Part shown: positions 38,173 to 52,061 of the stretch, piece by piece
Layout: each line of letters begins with the position of its first letter
Position numbering within the stretch: the first letter of the stretch is position 1
NCBI GenBank assembly: GCA_951406725.2
Contig: OX597814.1
Location: forward strand, 114,018,001 to 114,082,000
DNA: 64,000 nt
Direction: 5' to 3'
Origin: Octopus vulgaris
Taxonomy: Eukaryota
The notes under the pieces: model-generated
The model's input: the letters and a program-made list of their open reading frames with translations, nothing else
What the model was told of the DNA's origin: nothing
The model's database searches: none
Translations under genes and position numbers: made by a program

Positions 38173-38383
38173 CATTCAGTAGTTTTATTTTTATAGCGTG
38201 CTTTCACTTCACTACCGAGCGCAGCTCTGTGTGCCTTAGGTATGTGCTGTGATTTGTTGTGATGCTCTGATGGTTACTGTATGGAAAGTGTTCTGCGTAG
38301 GATGTGTGCAGTGCCTCGTAGTGCAATTTTCTGTTTACTAGTAGTGCAATTTTCTGTTGCCTAGTAGTGCAATTTTCTGTGCC
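38173..38383 (-). mobile_element. Short R4/Dong 3'-end copy in (TAA)n
   Basis: 3' UTR plus ORF end, with a triplicated TAGTGCAATTTTCTG segment. Confidence 0.8.
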
Positions 38384-38821
38384 TATTATTATTATTGTTA
38401 TTATTATTATTATTATTATCATTATACATTGAGCAGATAAATCTTTCGCTTTTACTAAAGATTTGTGTCTCGAGGTATGTTTTAATGCGTCCATAGAGTT
38501 GCTTTTGAAGAACTCAGCAAGCCGGAAGAGTCGTTACCACATCGGGGAAAAAAATGTCTGGCGACATTTCTTCCGGTACTTTACGTTCTAAGGATGCTAA
38601 AACTATCACCTCATCTGAGGATGCTCACCCATTAGTTCTGACATGCAAATCTATGGTATTGAGCAGAATATTTGCTGTAGCTCATCTTTTATACCAAGAC
38701 AAAACAATGTAAATGATAACACTTCCGGTCAGTTAAGATCAGGAGTCACTGCCTGGTACTGCATCAAGGCATACAAAACAATGTACCTGATAACACTTCC
38801 AGACTTCCAGCCAGTTAATTA

Positions 38822-38892
<71 letters not shown>

Positions 38893-38927
38893 CATCATCA
38901 TCATCATCATCATCATCATTATTATTA

Positions 38928-38971
<44 letters not shown>

Positions 38972-39012
38972 GTTATTATTATTATTATTATGATTATTAT
39001 TATTATTATTAT

Positions 39013-41036
39013 CATTCAGTAGTTTTATTTTTATAGCGTGCTTTCACTTCACTACCGAGCGCAGCTCTGTGTGCCTTGGGTATGTGCTGTGATTTGTTGT
39101 GATGCTCTGATGGTTATCGTGTGGAAAGTGTTCTGCGTAGGATGTGTGCAGTGCCTAGTAGTGCAATTTTCTGTATGTTATATGTGTTTGTAAGTCCTGG
39201 TGTTTTTGTTATGTATTTATCTGAATATTTTTTTATCATGCCTAATGCACCTACTATGATAGGAATTGTTTCTGTTTTTAGATTCCACATTCTGGTTACC
39301 TCCATTTCCAGGTCTTTGTATTTTGAAAGTTTCTCCATTTCTTTTAGAGATACGTTGTCATCTGCCGGTATTGATACATCAATTAGAAAGCATTTTTTTT
39401 CTTCATGATCTCTGACAACTATATCTGGTCTGTTGGCCTTAATTTCTCTATCTGTGTGTATCGGCATATCCCAGAGTATGGTTGCTTTCTCGTTTTCTGT
39501 GACCTTTTCTGGTGTGTGCCTATACCATCTTTTTTCTGTTGTTATTCCATGATGTTGGCATAGCTTCCAGTGTATGTAGGTTCCAACTCTGTCGTGTCTG
39601 TGAATATACTCTTTCTTAGCCAGGACTGGGCAGCCAGAGATAATATGATTTATTGTTTCCTGTCCATCTCCACATATTCTGCAGTTACTTGTTATATTTC
39701 TTTTCATAACATGTTTTTGGTAATTTCTGGTGGGGAGGCTTTGGTCTTGTGCTGCAATTAAAAATCCCTCTGTCTCTGCTTTGAGTCCTGAGCTTCTCAA
39801 CCATTACTGGGATTTTCCTTTGTCTATTTCTCTTGCATTTAGTTTAGTCCAGTATTTACCATGAAGGGGCTTTTCTTGCCATCGTTTTATCATGGTTCTT
39901 TCCTGTTCTATTTTTAGTTTGGATTTCATTTGTTTTATAGCTTTTGTTGTTTCTTCTTCTTCTTCTTCTTCTTCTTCTTCTTCTTCTTCTTCTTCTTCTT
40001 CTTCTTCTTCTTCTTCTTCTTCTTCTTCTTCTTCTTCTCCTTCATATTTATTAGGTGGTATGATTTCTTGTTTGTATTTGTCAGCTTCCTTAAATACTGA
40101 GAACAGTTTTTTGTTTTGCTCGTGTTTTGCCGCTATTTGTATCAGTTTTCCTTCCTTCTGAAGTAGATATTTTTGCAGTCCTATGGTGGTTATTTTATAG
40201 TAGTTTTCCAGCTGTATGAGGCCTCTACCACCTTCTATACGTTGTATATATAGTCTTTCTATGTCAGATTTTGGGTGATGCATCCTAGATCCTGTCATTA
40301 TTTTTCTTGTTTTCCTATCTATTTTGGTCAGTTCATTTAGTGTCCAGTTAAGGATATTGTAGCTGTAACTTATAACTGGGACAGCTAAAGTGTTAATGCC
40401 TATTATCTTGTTTTTAGCATTGAGCTCTGTTTTTAGTATTGATCTAACTCGTCTATAATATTCTTTTTTTATTTTCTCTTTCATTTGTATGTGTTGTGTC
40501 TTATCTAGTTCATGGATTCCTAAGTATTTGTAAGTTTGGCTTTGGTCTAATTCTTTTATTTCATTGGTTTTATCTAGTGTGATGTTGCTACTCTTAACTA
40601 GTTTTCCTCTTTTCATGGTTACTTTGGCGCATTTTTCTAATCCAAATTTCATATCTATTTCTTTGGTAAATCCATGAACTGTTTTTAATAGTGTTTCCAG
40701 CTGTTTGTCATTTGCAGCGTATAGTTTTAGGTCGTCCATATATAAAAGGTGGCTGATCGTTTTGCCGTAACATTTATATCCGCATCCAGTTCTATTTAGC
40801 ATATCAGATAGAGGTGAGAGTGCCAAGCAGAAAAGGAGTGGAGAGAGCGTGTCTCCCTGGAATATTCCTCTTCTAATGGGGATGGCTTTGGTTTTCATGA
40901 GTCCCTCTTTTGTTTGGAGCTGTAGCACTGTTTGCCATTTATTCATAAAGTGTCCTATGAATTTTATAAGGGTTGGTGCTACTTTGTTAATGGCTAGTGT
41001 TTCGAGGATCCATGTGTGGGGATGCTATCAAACGCC

Positions 41037-41040
<4 letters not shown>
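39013..41040 (-). mobile_element. R4/Dong-clade non-LTR retrotransposon (RT + CCHC + restriction-like endonuclease), 5'-truncated, in (TAA)n
   Basis: KAFDS, RGIFQGDTLSP, LYMDDLKL; CRICG..ETINHIISGC; RHD; PDIVV..IDVSIP..KLSKY (PD-D RLE). One nonsense codon at 39804, a frameshift near 41015, and (TAA)n on both sides. Confidence 0.93.
39951..40038 (-). repeat. (GAA)~29 in frame within the LINE ORF (poly-Glu)
   Basis: The ORF reads YEG-E(n)-TTK through the (TTC)n array. Confidence 0.9.
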
Positions 41041-41111
<71 letters not shown>

Positions 41112-41116
<5 letters not shown>

Positions 41117-41561
41117 TAGTTTTATTTTTATAGCGTGCTTTCACTTCACTACCGAGCGCAGCTCTGTGTGCCTTGGGTATGTGCTGTGATTTGTTGTGAT
41201 GCTCTGATGGTTATTGTATGGAAAGTGTTCTGCGTAGGATGTGTGCAGTGCCTAGTAGTGCAATTTTCTGTATGTTATATGTGTTTGTAAGTCCTGGTGT
41301 TGTTGTTATGTATTTGTCTGAATATTTTTTTATCATGCCTAATGCACCTACTATGATAGGAATGGTTTCTGTTTTCAGATTCCACATTCTAGTTACCTCT
41401 ATTTCCAGGTCTTTGTATTTTGAGAGTTTCTCCATTTCTTTTAGAGACACGTTGTCATCTACCGGTATTGATACATCAATTAGAAAGCATTTTTTTTCTT
41501 CATGATCTCTGACAACTATATCTGGTTTGTTGGCCTTAATTTCTCTATCTGTGTGTATCGG

Positions 41562-41563
<2 letters not shown>
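41112..41563 (-). mobile_element. Second 5'-truncated Dong copy (RLE + 3' UTR)
   Basis: MPIHTDREIKANKPDIVVRD...LRRTLSIQ* is nearly identical to the end of 39114-39800. (TAA)n flanks. Confidence 0.92.
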
Positions 41564-41618
<55 letters not shown>

Positions 41619-41633
41619 CATCATCATTATTAC

Positions 41634-41977
41634 TTGTTTTTCCTCTTTCAAATTTGCTTCCATTTCTTGCCGAGTGTCTTCCCGACTCCTAGGGCAAAGA
41701 AACTCATAGTATATATTGGTAGGCCATTAAACTAAACTCAATAGTTCGTTCATTTAAAAAAAAAATTATTTTTAAGTTAAATTAAAATACATGGGTAGTA
41801 ATAATTTTCACATCGACAATGCTCTTCTCAATACGTGTGATGTACCAGTTAAGACAATCTTTTGCACTTCTTGCAGGGATGGTAAGCCAGGGATCATTCT
41901 CATATAATTTTCGGTTCCCTTCTTGATCATTCCTAGTGCTCCTACGATCACTGGTATTGTAACCGCCTTGAGATGCG
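41634..41977 (-). mobile_element. 3' end of a second, divergent R4/Dong subfamily
   Basis: Minus strand HLKAVTIPVIVGALGMIKKGTENYMRMIPGLPSLQEVQKIVLTGTSHVLRRALSM* with a different 3' UTR. (TAA)n flanks. Confidence 0.85.
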
Positions 41978-42000
41978 GTTACAATATTATTATCATTATT

Positions 42001-42178
<178 letters not shown>

Positions 42179-42284
42179 GTTCCGCCGGGGTTGAAATTCC
42201 TTTCATCCTTTCGGGGTCGATAAATTAAGTACTAGTGAAACTGGTACTTAATTGACTAGTCCCCGCCACTCAAAATTTCAGGCC

Positions 42285-42387
<103 letters not shown>

Positions 42388-42612
42388 AATAGACGTCACA
42401 CAATATCCAATATCGTGAGGTTGTTGATTGAAGATATTGTACCTACTGGGGGTTTGTATTGTTTGTCAAGTCACAACAAGGACCCCTGACAGACAGTATT
42501 TTATGCTATATGCATGCAGTTCCAAGTAATGCCTACTTTTGCAATACAAGTAGATTGTAGGGTATTTCTTAGTGTAGAAATACCCTACACTTTAGATGTA
42601 TTATTATTGTCG

Positions 42613-42686
<74 letters not shown>

Positions 42687-43180
42687 GAATGAGAGAGCAG
42701 TGCATGCCATCAAAGTGACACTGGGGTAAAATATACGAAGCCCAATATACCCATCATGACTACCCGTCTGATAAGGGCACACCAGGCACATGCATCACAA
42801 CCATATGTGCGCGACATGGTGATCTCATATCAAGATAAACAGCACATGACCTTGCAGGTGGGGCCCAGTTAGAATTTTCTTCAGGTTGAGTAGCCCATCC
42901 CGCTCAAAAGGTCCCTGAATAAGGGTTGTTTAAGGATGTTGAAAGAACCACCCATGTTTCCAGAGGTGAATTATTCAAATCCCAAAGAATCCCTCTCAAC
43001 ACATGGCTATGATGCTCCCCAACTACTTCTGCTCGTGATCAGAGATGCACATATCGTCAGCGACTAAGGGACATGCTCAACTGGTTAAGGTCAAACAACT
43101 GACAAGCAAATCTGTGGTATTGAGCAGAATATTTGCTGTAGCCCATCTTTTATACCAAGACAAAACAATGTACATGATAA
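42687..43180 (-). mobile_element. Family E element, truncated, between (TAA)n arrays
   Basis: Near-identical to 22727-23220. Confidence 0.8.
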
Positions 43181-43181
43181 C

Positions 43182-43234
<53 letters not shown>

Positions 43235-43661
43235 ATTATTATCGTTATTATTATAATATTTGTGCGGTGTACCTTAAGAAATGTAATAAGGTGTGAAAAT
43301 ATAAATATGATAAGAATAGACAAGATAGCTAGCAGTTACACATGACGTTTCCATTGACTTATCTGTTTCTAAATCGAGTTGGAAACAAATGAGTTCTGAC
43401 AGACTGCTGAAGAACAAACTCTTCGAATGCTTCATGAGAATTGCATATTAGCTGATGTATTGATTTTTGGATGGAAATTGGACATATTTGCATATCTATG
43501 TATTCTTTTGGCTTGAAGGTATTGTGTGTAATGTATGAACTCATGCGTTCACATAGTCGTATATATATGCATGCATGCACGCATGTATGTATGAATGTAT
43601 GTATGTATGTATGTATGTATGTATGTATGTATGTATGTATGTATGTATGTATGTATGTATG

Positions 43662-43707
<46 letters not shown>

Positions 43708-43712
43708 TACAT

Positions 43713-43770
<58 letters not shown>

Positions 43771-43939
43771 GTATAAATATATATGAATATATATATATAT
43801 GTATATATACATACAGGCATATATACAGAAGCATACATACGTGGATACCTATATACAGACAAACACACACATAAACGTGTTTATATGTGTAGTTTTATAT
43901 TTTTGCGTCTATCTAGTTACTTACCTACCTAGCTATATG

Positions 43940-44001
<62 letters not shown>

Positions 44002-44266
44002 GGTTAATCTATCTACACGCGCACACACACACACACACACACACATACACACTCACATACGTATTTTAAATTAATGTTTGCTTTTTCTCCTTAGTTATTT
44101 TTAAAAATAATTTTACATTAATCTGAAGGTTTCCTCTACACTTTTGTAAAGTACAAAATTATTATTCTTAAACAAGAATGATTTTGACAATGACTTCGAA
44201 ATTTCGACAAGCTAAATGATCGACGAACTTCATGTATATATGTATCTGTGTGTGTGTGTGTATGTA

Positions 44267-44304
<38 letters not shown>

Positions 44305-44308
<4 letters not shown>

Positions 44309-44581
44309 GTTGTTGTGTCTGGGAGAGTCATTCTCTTTTAGTGCCTTATAATTTAACGCACTCACCGGTAAAATTTTTACTTATTTCCTTCTTTATTTTT
44401 CTAAAATTTTCGTTGCGTCTTGCAACCGTTTCAAAAACTATTGGAAACTATTGAAAAGGTTGCACGATGCAACGAAAATTTTAGAAGAATAAAGAAGGAA
44501 ATAAGTGGAAATTTTACCGGTGAGTGTGTAAATTATAAGGCACTAAAAGAGAATGACTCTCCTCAGACACAACAGTATATG
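44305..44581. mobile_element. Long fold-back (~130-bp arms) MITE-like palindrome next to (TA)n
   Basis: GTTGTGTCTGGGAGAGTCATTCTCTTTTAGTGCCTTATAATTTA... is mirrored by ...TAAATTATAAGGCACTAAAAGAGAATGACTCTCCTCAGACACAAC, with a ~16-bp loop. Confidence 0.85.
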
Positions 44582-45252
44582 CTTCAATACACAAACTCAC
44601 ATAGAGAATCTTGCAAACCAAATCCCAAAACGGAACATATTAATATCATAACTTCGTTAAACCGAAAAGTAATTTCGTTAAACTGAAGAGCAAAACTAAA
44701 AATAGGACTGCAGCTGGAAGTGTTCAGGTGAGACCGAGGCGAAAGGAGAAATAAATTGAAAGGTGTAATGAATAAATGCTCCAATCGGTCAAAACAACTT
44801 TATAACATTCCCAAATTATCAAAACACGAATATGAATATATATAATAACAATAGGGATCCCAATGGTAAAACCCAGCAGTATAAAATATACACATATACA
44901 CGAATAGGAGGTGATAAAATCTAAAAGGATAATGCGAGTGAAGTCGAATGAAGAAAAATGTATGGAATTAATTAAAACATAATGAAGGGGATCATTTTAA
45001 GGCAATGGAGCTAATATAGTATAAATATAAATATATAAAAATACAAGAGAATAAATATAAAAATAAAGTGCATGGTAACCAGAAGAGGGTCCATTCAAGC
45101 TCAGCTCTACGATCGTTTCAAAGGATGCTGCTTCACATCGTTAATGTACAATCCATTAAGGAAATTCAACGGCATCACCTTTTCATCAGGTGAAAACTTA
45201 CAAAGGCCTCACGTTTCTGGTTATGTATATATATATATGTGTGTGTGTGTGT

Positions 45253-45523
45253 GGAGGCGCAATGGTCCAGTGGTTAGGGCAGCGGACTCGCGGTTTCGAT
45301 TCCCAGACCGGGCGTTGTGAGTGTTTATTGAGCGAAAACACCTAAAAGCTCCACGACGCTCCGGCAGGACGTGGTGATCCCTGCTGTACTCTTTCACCAC
45401 TCTTTCTTCTGTTGGCCTGCTCGCTTAGCCAGCGGGGTGGCGTCATTCGAAGACTAAAACAATGAGAACGCATTGTGACCAGCGGTGTATAACAACATCT
45501 GATGGTCTGGTCGGTCACGTGAT

Positions 45524-45530
<7 letters not shown>
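45253..45530 (+). mobile_element. SINE family C
   Basis: Same sequence as the reverse complement of 9821-10123, with (TG)n upstream and (TA)n downstream. Confidence 0.85.
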
Positions 45531-45591
<61 letters not shown>

Positions 45592-45746
45592 GTATTAATG
45601 TATTAAGGCTACCATTGGTTTCATGTACAGAAAAATATCTTAATTTTCTTGACGTGGAACCAATGGTAGCTTTAATACACAAATAAAGAAATTTTACCCA
45701 CCAGTGCAATGTTGAGCATTTATTCTCATTGTACGACATTTACGTA

Positions 45747-45803
<57 letters not shown>

Positions 45804-46028
45804 ACGTGTGTGAGTGTGTGTGTGTAATAAGAATAAAAAGAAAAGCATAACTTCACCGGTAGTTCGACAAGTTAAACGATTCCTTTTCAACCTTCTCTCT
45901 CTCTCTCTACACACACACACATATACATGCATACACACACACATTTATATATAGAACTGCCAGTGAAGTCATTCTTTTCTTTTTTCAAATATACTTAACT
46001 GTACCAAGGACTTCATACATTTTCCAGT

Positions 46029-46092
<64 letters not shown>

Positions 46093-46969
46093 GAGGGAGA
46101 GAGAGAGATGTATACATACATACCTGCATATATATGTGTGTGTGTGTGTGTGTAAAATAGTAGAGAGCAGCAGCAGTTAATTCAGTCTCTGCCATACTCT
46201 TCAACCAAGTCCAAATATGGTTGTTTGTATTTCTGTAATTGTATTGCTAACACCTTAAACCATCAATAACTTACCGAACTGTTTTTTTCTTTTAATTACA
46301 AACGATAGAATACTATTTAACTAATTTGTAATTAGTTTGTAGTAATGAACGTAATTAAAACGTAATAGACTCGCTGCAGGGTATAGCACACAATATATTG
46401 GCTGAGTGGTTAAAACGTAGAATAAAATGACCCAAGATATTTATTCCCGTTTACTGTGTTCTGAGTTTAAATCCCGCGTAGGTCAATTATTCCTTTTTAT
46501 TCTGCAGGGTCTATTAAAAACGTACCGATCAAAGGTAATGCATTCGTGGAAGTCTAAGAACGTATGACACGTTGCCTGGTGGTGTCCTGAGTTCAAATTC
46601 CACTGCAGCCTACTGAAATTTTCACTCGGTTTAACACCATCCCCTGGACACTTTTTCTTTGAGGGGGTGGGGGTGGGGTGACCTTAGTGATGTCCATCTC
46701 TACATTCTTGCAACGATTTGGGCCAGGTCACTGATTAGAGACTACTTTCGATCCTCCCTCCCACCAGTCTCAGAAACCTGTAATGGTTTCCCTCCTGACT
46801 CAAAAGATAAAATCGGAATAGCTTTGTGGTAAAAACCCTGGTTTAAGCCTTAAAGTTGATTCAAAGAATTCGCGCCGATCATGCTTTAGTGAACCAATAG
46901 AGACATTTTACATGGTCATTTAATTCGCTGAATATAGCAGCCAAATCGACCTTAAATGATACCTTCGCG

Positions 46970-47196
46970 CAATGGTTCTCAATCTTTTTTTTTTTTTATC
47001 TGTGAGAGATTTAAAACTTGGATTTTTTAGGCTGCCGCACCAGAATTGTAAAGCACAAGTCAATTAAAGAAAATTTTGTTATATTTATCATGTTTATAGA
47101 GGGAATACTGCCGAGATCTTCCAAGAGCCGCCGAGAGCTGCTGAAAGGATGCTTATGGTCCGAAGCGGTTCTGGGAGACCCAGCTGAGAACCGCTA
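46970..47196. mobile_element. hAT/Charlie-like MITE (old)
   Basis: Termini CAATGGTTCTCAA ... CTGAGAACCGCTA resemble CAGTGGTTCTCAA...TTGAGAACCACTG. TSD is not clear. Confidence 0.55.
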
Positions 47197-47400
47197 CATT
47201 GGCCTCTAGATGAAATAAGGAAGGGTACAAGAGAAAATCTAGTGAAAGATATACAAAATAGTGGCATGGTCGTAACTAGTGCATATTTGATGAAAGGGTC
47301 TGCTTATTCAAGACTGATCTGGTGTTGGGGGAACGACACCAACAGAATTTAAATCCATGTCATTATCGTTGTAGGACTGACGGTTACACGGTATTCATGA

Positions 47401-47812
47401 ACTGGCAGAAACGTTAGCACGCCGGGCGAAATGCGTTGCCGTATTTCGTCTGCCGTTACGTTCTGAGTTCGAATTCCGCCGAGGTCGACTTTGCCTTTCA
47501 TCCTTTCGGGTTCGATGAAATAAGTACCAGTTACGCACTGGGGTCGATATAATCGACTTAATCCGTTTGTCTGTCCTTGTTTGTCCCCTCTCTGTTTAGC
47601 CCCTTGTGGGTAGTAAAGAAATAGGTATTTCGTCTGTTGCAACGTTCTGAGTTCAAATTCCGCCGAGGTCGACTATGCCTTTCATCCTTTCGGGGTCGAT
47701 TAAATAAGTACCAGTTACGCACTGGGGTCTATATAATCGACTTAATCTGTTTGTCTGTCCTTGTTTGTCCCCTCTGTGTTTAGCCCCTTTTGGGTAGTAA
47801 AGAAACAGGTAT
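47401..47812 (+). mobile_element. SINE family A dimer with direct-repeat flanks
   Basis: Flanked by GGTATTCATGAACTG direct repeats (~47390 and ~47808). Confidence 0.85.
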
Positions 47813-47859
47813 TCATGAACTGTAGAATGTGTATTTGTTTTTGTTTTCTATTTGCTGGG

Positions 47860-48270
47860 TTTGCAGGAAGGGCCTTCGCAGGCTTTTCTCGAGCAATGCA
47901 ATTAATGTTTCTGGAACATTGGAACCATTGTTTTTAACACCTGCGGAAAAGACATGAGCAAGAAGAGAATTCCAGCGGGACTACACTGTGGAGAGGAAGG
48001 ACTGGGTGTAATAGTCAGCGTAGGACCGAGATGAAGGTGGTGGGCATAAAGAAAGTGATGAGAGGAAGAAAGACGAGTAGGACAGGCTTGTTTGAGTGGA
48101 GGTGGCGTGAAATCATCCAGATCTGAGGAACAGAGGCCATTATAGTAGAGGTAGAAAAGCCTCAGAGAGGAGAAAGAGAGTCAGAAGCTGGGGTATATTT
48201 GTGAGTGATTTATGCCAAATCAGTCGATGGCCCTTTTTCTGTAAACGGTCTTAGACGTCTGGATATGCAG
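47860..48270 (-). mobile_element. CR1-group LINE 3' remnant
   Basis: Minus strand RLQKK/RA.RLIG..LRLFYLYYNGLCSSDL..P..TR..H, a degenerate CR1 ORF2 C-terminus. Confidence 0.6.
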
Positions 48271-48956
48271 GAACTGTGTCATCATCCCAAATACGAGGGA
48301 GGGCAGTAGCACCCCACCCAGTGTGGACTTTCTCAGTATCTATTGAATATCAGCGCTTGTTGGGTGGCAATGGGGTGTCATGGGGTAAAGTATTTCAACA
48401 AAGGGCAAATTTTTTAAAGGCACTCAAGAGTCAACTATCGTTTTTAGTGTTGTTTTATTTAGTTCCAGGTCAGCCACGTTCAAACAGACATATAATCGAA
48501 GGCGTTCCAACCACGATCATCCTGTCAATTTTTCAGGCAGTGGATTACGTTATCCTTACGTGTCCTTTCTTTCTTTAAGACAGTAAGGTTTAACTAGTAG
48601 GATATTTGGCTGCTATTTCTAATAAGTCTAATGACCATTAACGTTTGCTCTCGTTCGCTCTCGAGGTGTTAGTGGTGATTGTTGTTGTTGTTGTTGTTGT
48701 TGTTGTGGTGGTGGTGGTGGGGGGGTGATAATGTTGGTCGTTTTATACCAGTGACATGTTTGGCTTATTATTTTTTCCTTTTTCTTATCTCACCGTATTT
48801 GAACCACTCATGTACTGGTTACAGTATTGAACCTCTCGTGGACTGGTTATAGTACTGAACTTCGGTGAAATCTTCGGTGTGATGGCGAAATAGTTGTAGG
48901 TTCGAATCAGAGGGACAACGATTGTAAAAAAAAACTTATCACCTTACTCCGCTTCA

Positions 48957-49025
48957 TGCGATTGATGATGATGACGACGGCGACGATGATGATGACGATG
49001 ACGATGATGATGATGATGATGACGA

Positions 49026-49064
<39 letters not shown>

Positions 49065-49720
49065 TGATGATGATGATGATGATGACGACGATGACGACGA
49101 CGATGACGATGATGACGATGACGATGACGATGATGATGATGACGACGATGATGATGATGATGATGACGATGATGATGATGATGATGATGATGAAGATGAG
49201 GATGATGACGATGACGATGACGATGATGATGATGATGATGATGCGATGATGATGATGACGACGACGACGACGATGATGATGATGATGACGATGACGATGA
49301 TGATGACGATGATGATGATGACGATGATGATGATGACGATGATGATGATGAAGATTATTATCGTCATCATCATCCTCGTCATCATCATTATCATCATCAT
49401 CACCATCATCATTATGTACATGATCTTTACCAAGGTCACTATCACCATCGTCGATAATAGGATCATTATCACCATTGTTTCCCCCCCTATCCATTTTCAC
49501 CTCCTTCTCCTCCTCCCCCTCCTCCTCCTCATCATCATTACTGTCGTTTTCACCACCACTGTCATCATCGCCCAACATCGTCAACGTCATCGGCATCGTT
49601 ATCAGATTTTCACCGTCATAATCATCGACAGATTCACCACCACCATCACCAACAACAACAACAACAACACCAACACCAACACCACTGCCATCATCATGAT
49701 CGTCATTATGATCGCGATCA
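48957..49720. repeat. Compound (GAT/GAC)n followed by a (CAT/CAC)n low-complexity block
   Basis: Read directly from the sequence. Confidence 0.9.
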
Positions 49721-50222
49721 TCATTTCCCTTTGATGAGAACGAATCAAAAGAAGCAGAAACAGTGAAAGCCCATCTAATATATTGGATGACATTTCAGAG
49801 ATAAACTTATAAACTACACCATTTACCATTGACAGGTTCGACAAGAGGACAAGTTGTTATTGTAGCAAGTCATACGTTACATACACACGTGCTTCATTCT
49901 ATAAATCACTTGATATTCAACAATATACACCCACTCACCCACACACCTAACTACCTACCTACCTACCTACCTACCTACCTACATACATACATACATACAT
50001 ACATACATAAATACATACATACATACATGCATACACACATATATACATACATACATACATACATACATACATACATGCATGCATGCATATGTCTGTGTGT
50101 ATGCGTGTGTGCATGTGAGTCTGTGTCTGTGTATGCATATATATATACGTAATACAAACATACATACACATGTACGTATGTGTATATGTTTGAACGTATG
50201 AAAGTATGCACATATATACACA

Positions 50223-50333
<111 letters not shown>

Positions 50334-50452
50334 ACAGAAAGAGAAAGAGTTTGTGTGTGTGTATGCACGTATATACACACATTTGCAGACACATACACAT
50401 ACACATATATACATACAGAAAGAGAGAGAAAGAGAAAGAGTTTGTGTGTGTG

Positions 50453-50490
<38 letters not shown>

Positions 50491-50506
50491 CGCGCGTGTG
50501 TATGTG

Positions 50507-50564
<58 letters not shown>

Positions 50565-50659
50565 GCGCGTGTTAAAGTGGAAGGTGAGCTAGGAACTGGT
50601 TCACTATCGGAAAAATAATTTGCTAAGTGTCTCATTTCACCTGCCTGCTTTAACCTCTA

Positions 50660-50932
50660 CTAAGATGCAGTGACACGAAGGTCAATGGATGACCTCATCG
50701 GAATCGCTGTCTGCATCGGCGGCCGTTGGCTAAAAGGACTGCGCTGTTGTGCTATTGACGCCGAGTTAGTCGCTACCTCGTCTGTTGAGCTCCAGGAATT
50801 GAGAGGCAAAGACGAGTTTCTGGTGAGTTTTAATCGGAAATCAGTATCAAAACAGTTAGGATTATGGCAGCCTTCTGAAAATGAGAGCAATCCACCAGAA
50901 GACTCCAAGTCAGTTCGGGTAGTTTCTGCCAA
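50660..50932 (-). other. Candidate terminal coding exon of an unidentified host gene (Ser/Thr/Pro-rich tail)
   Basis: Unique, non-microsatellite, GC-elevated ~90-codon open frame ending TAG TAG. Only weak acceptor sites and no recognised domain. Confidence 0.25.
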
Positions 50933-51739
50933 CTCGTAAGGTATAGGTCACAAAATTTAGGGCAGACTAAAGTAGAAGAAAATAACATTTGTCCAAGATA
51001 CCACGCTGCAGAATTGAACCCGGGACCCCATGGCTGAAGACCAAACTTCTTAATAATTTGGTCATATTGAACTTACGCACACATAAATGTATGTGTGTAG
51101 GAGCAAACACACACTCACACACACACACACACATACACACACATACACACATGTGTAAGTAGGTGCAATAACACACATACATGTGTGTGTTTGTGTGTGT
51201 CTGTATACACACATACTCACAAACACACACACACACACATACACACATGTGTAAGTGTAGGTACAAAAACACACATGTATGTGTTTGTGTGTGTGTCTGT
51301 ATACACACACAATCACAAGCACACACAATCACAACACACACACACACACACATGTATATGTATATGTATGTATCTGTGTGTCTGTGTTTATCCCTCCACC
51401 ATCGCTTGACAACCGATGCTGGTGTGTTTGCGTCCTCGTAACTTAATGGTTCGTCAAAAACACCGACAGAATAAGTACTAGGCTTACAAAGAATAAGTCC
51501 TGGGATCGATTTGTTCGAGTAAAGGCGGTGCTCCAGTATGGCCGCTGTGAAATGTCTGAAACAAATAAAAGAATATATATTTATATATAAAATCGAGTTC
51601 TTAACTTCCTTCGTAAGATGTACGTTCTGGTACATTCTAGTGACGGACTTATACCAACTATCCATATATTAATACCCAGGTTGTTAATTTTCTTCATAAA
51701 AGATGTGTTGTGGTATATCCTGGGTACAGGTGTTACTGG

Positions 51740-52061
51740 GACCCCCTTCGGTCACGAATACAGACCATGGGATTGCACCTAGAAAGTTACCCTCCCAGGC
51801 ACAAGTCCGGGCAAGGTTGTTTATGGAAGACCAGCAGTCGCCCATGCATACCAGCCTCCCCTCTCCACGCCACCGATGTTATCCAAGGGAAAGACAAAGG
51901 TCGATACAGCTTGGCACCAGTGATGTCGCAACTCATTTCTACAGCTGAGTGAACTGGAGCAACGTGAAATAAAGTGTCTTGCTCAAGAACACAACACGCA
52001 GCCCGGTCCGGGATTCGAGCTCACAACCTCACGATCGTAAGCTCGACTCTCTAACCACTGT
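51740..52061 (-). mobile_element. SINE family D
   Basis: Near-identical to 23291-23615. Confidence 0.85.
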
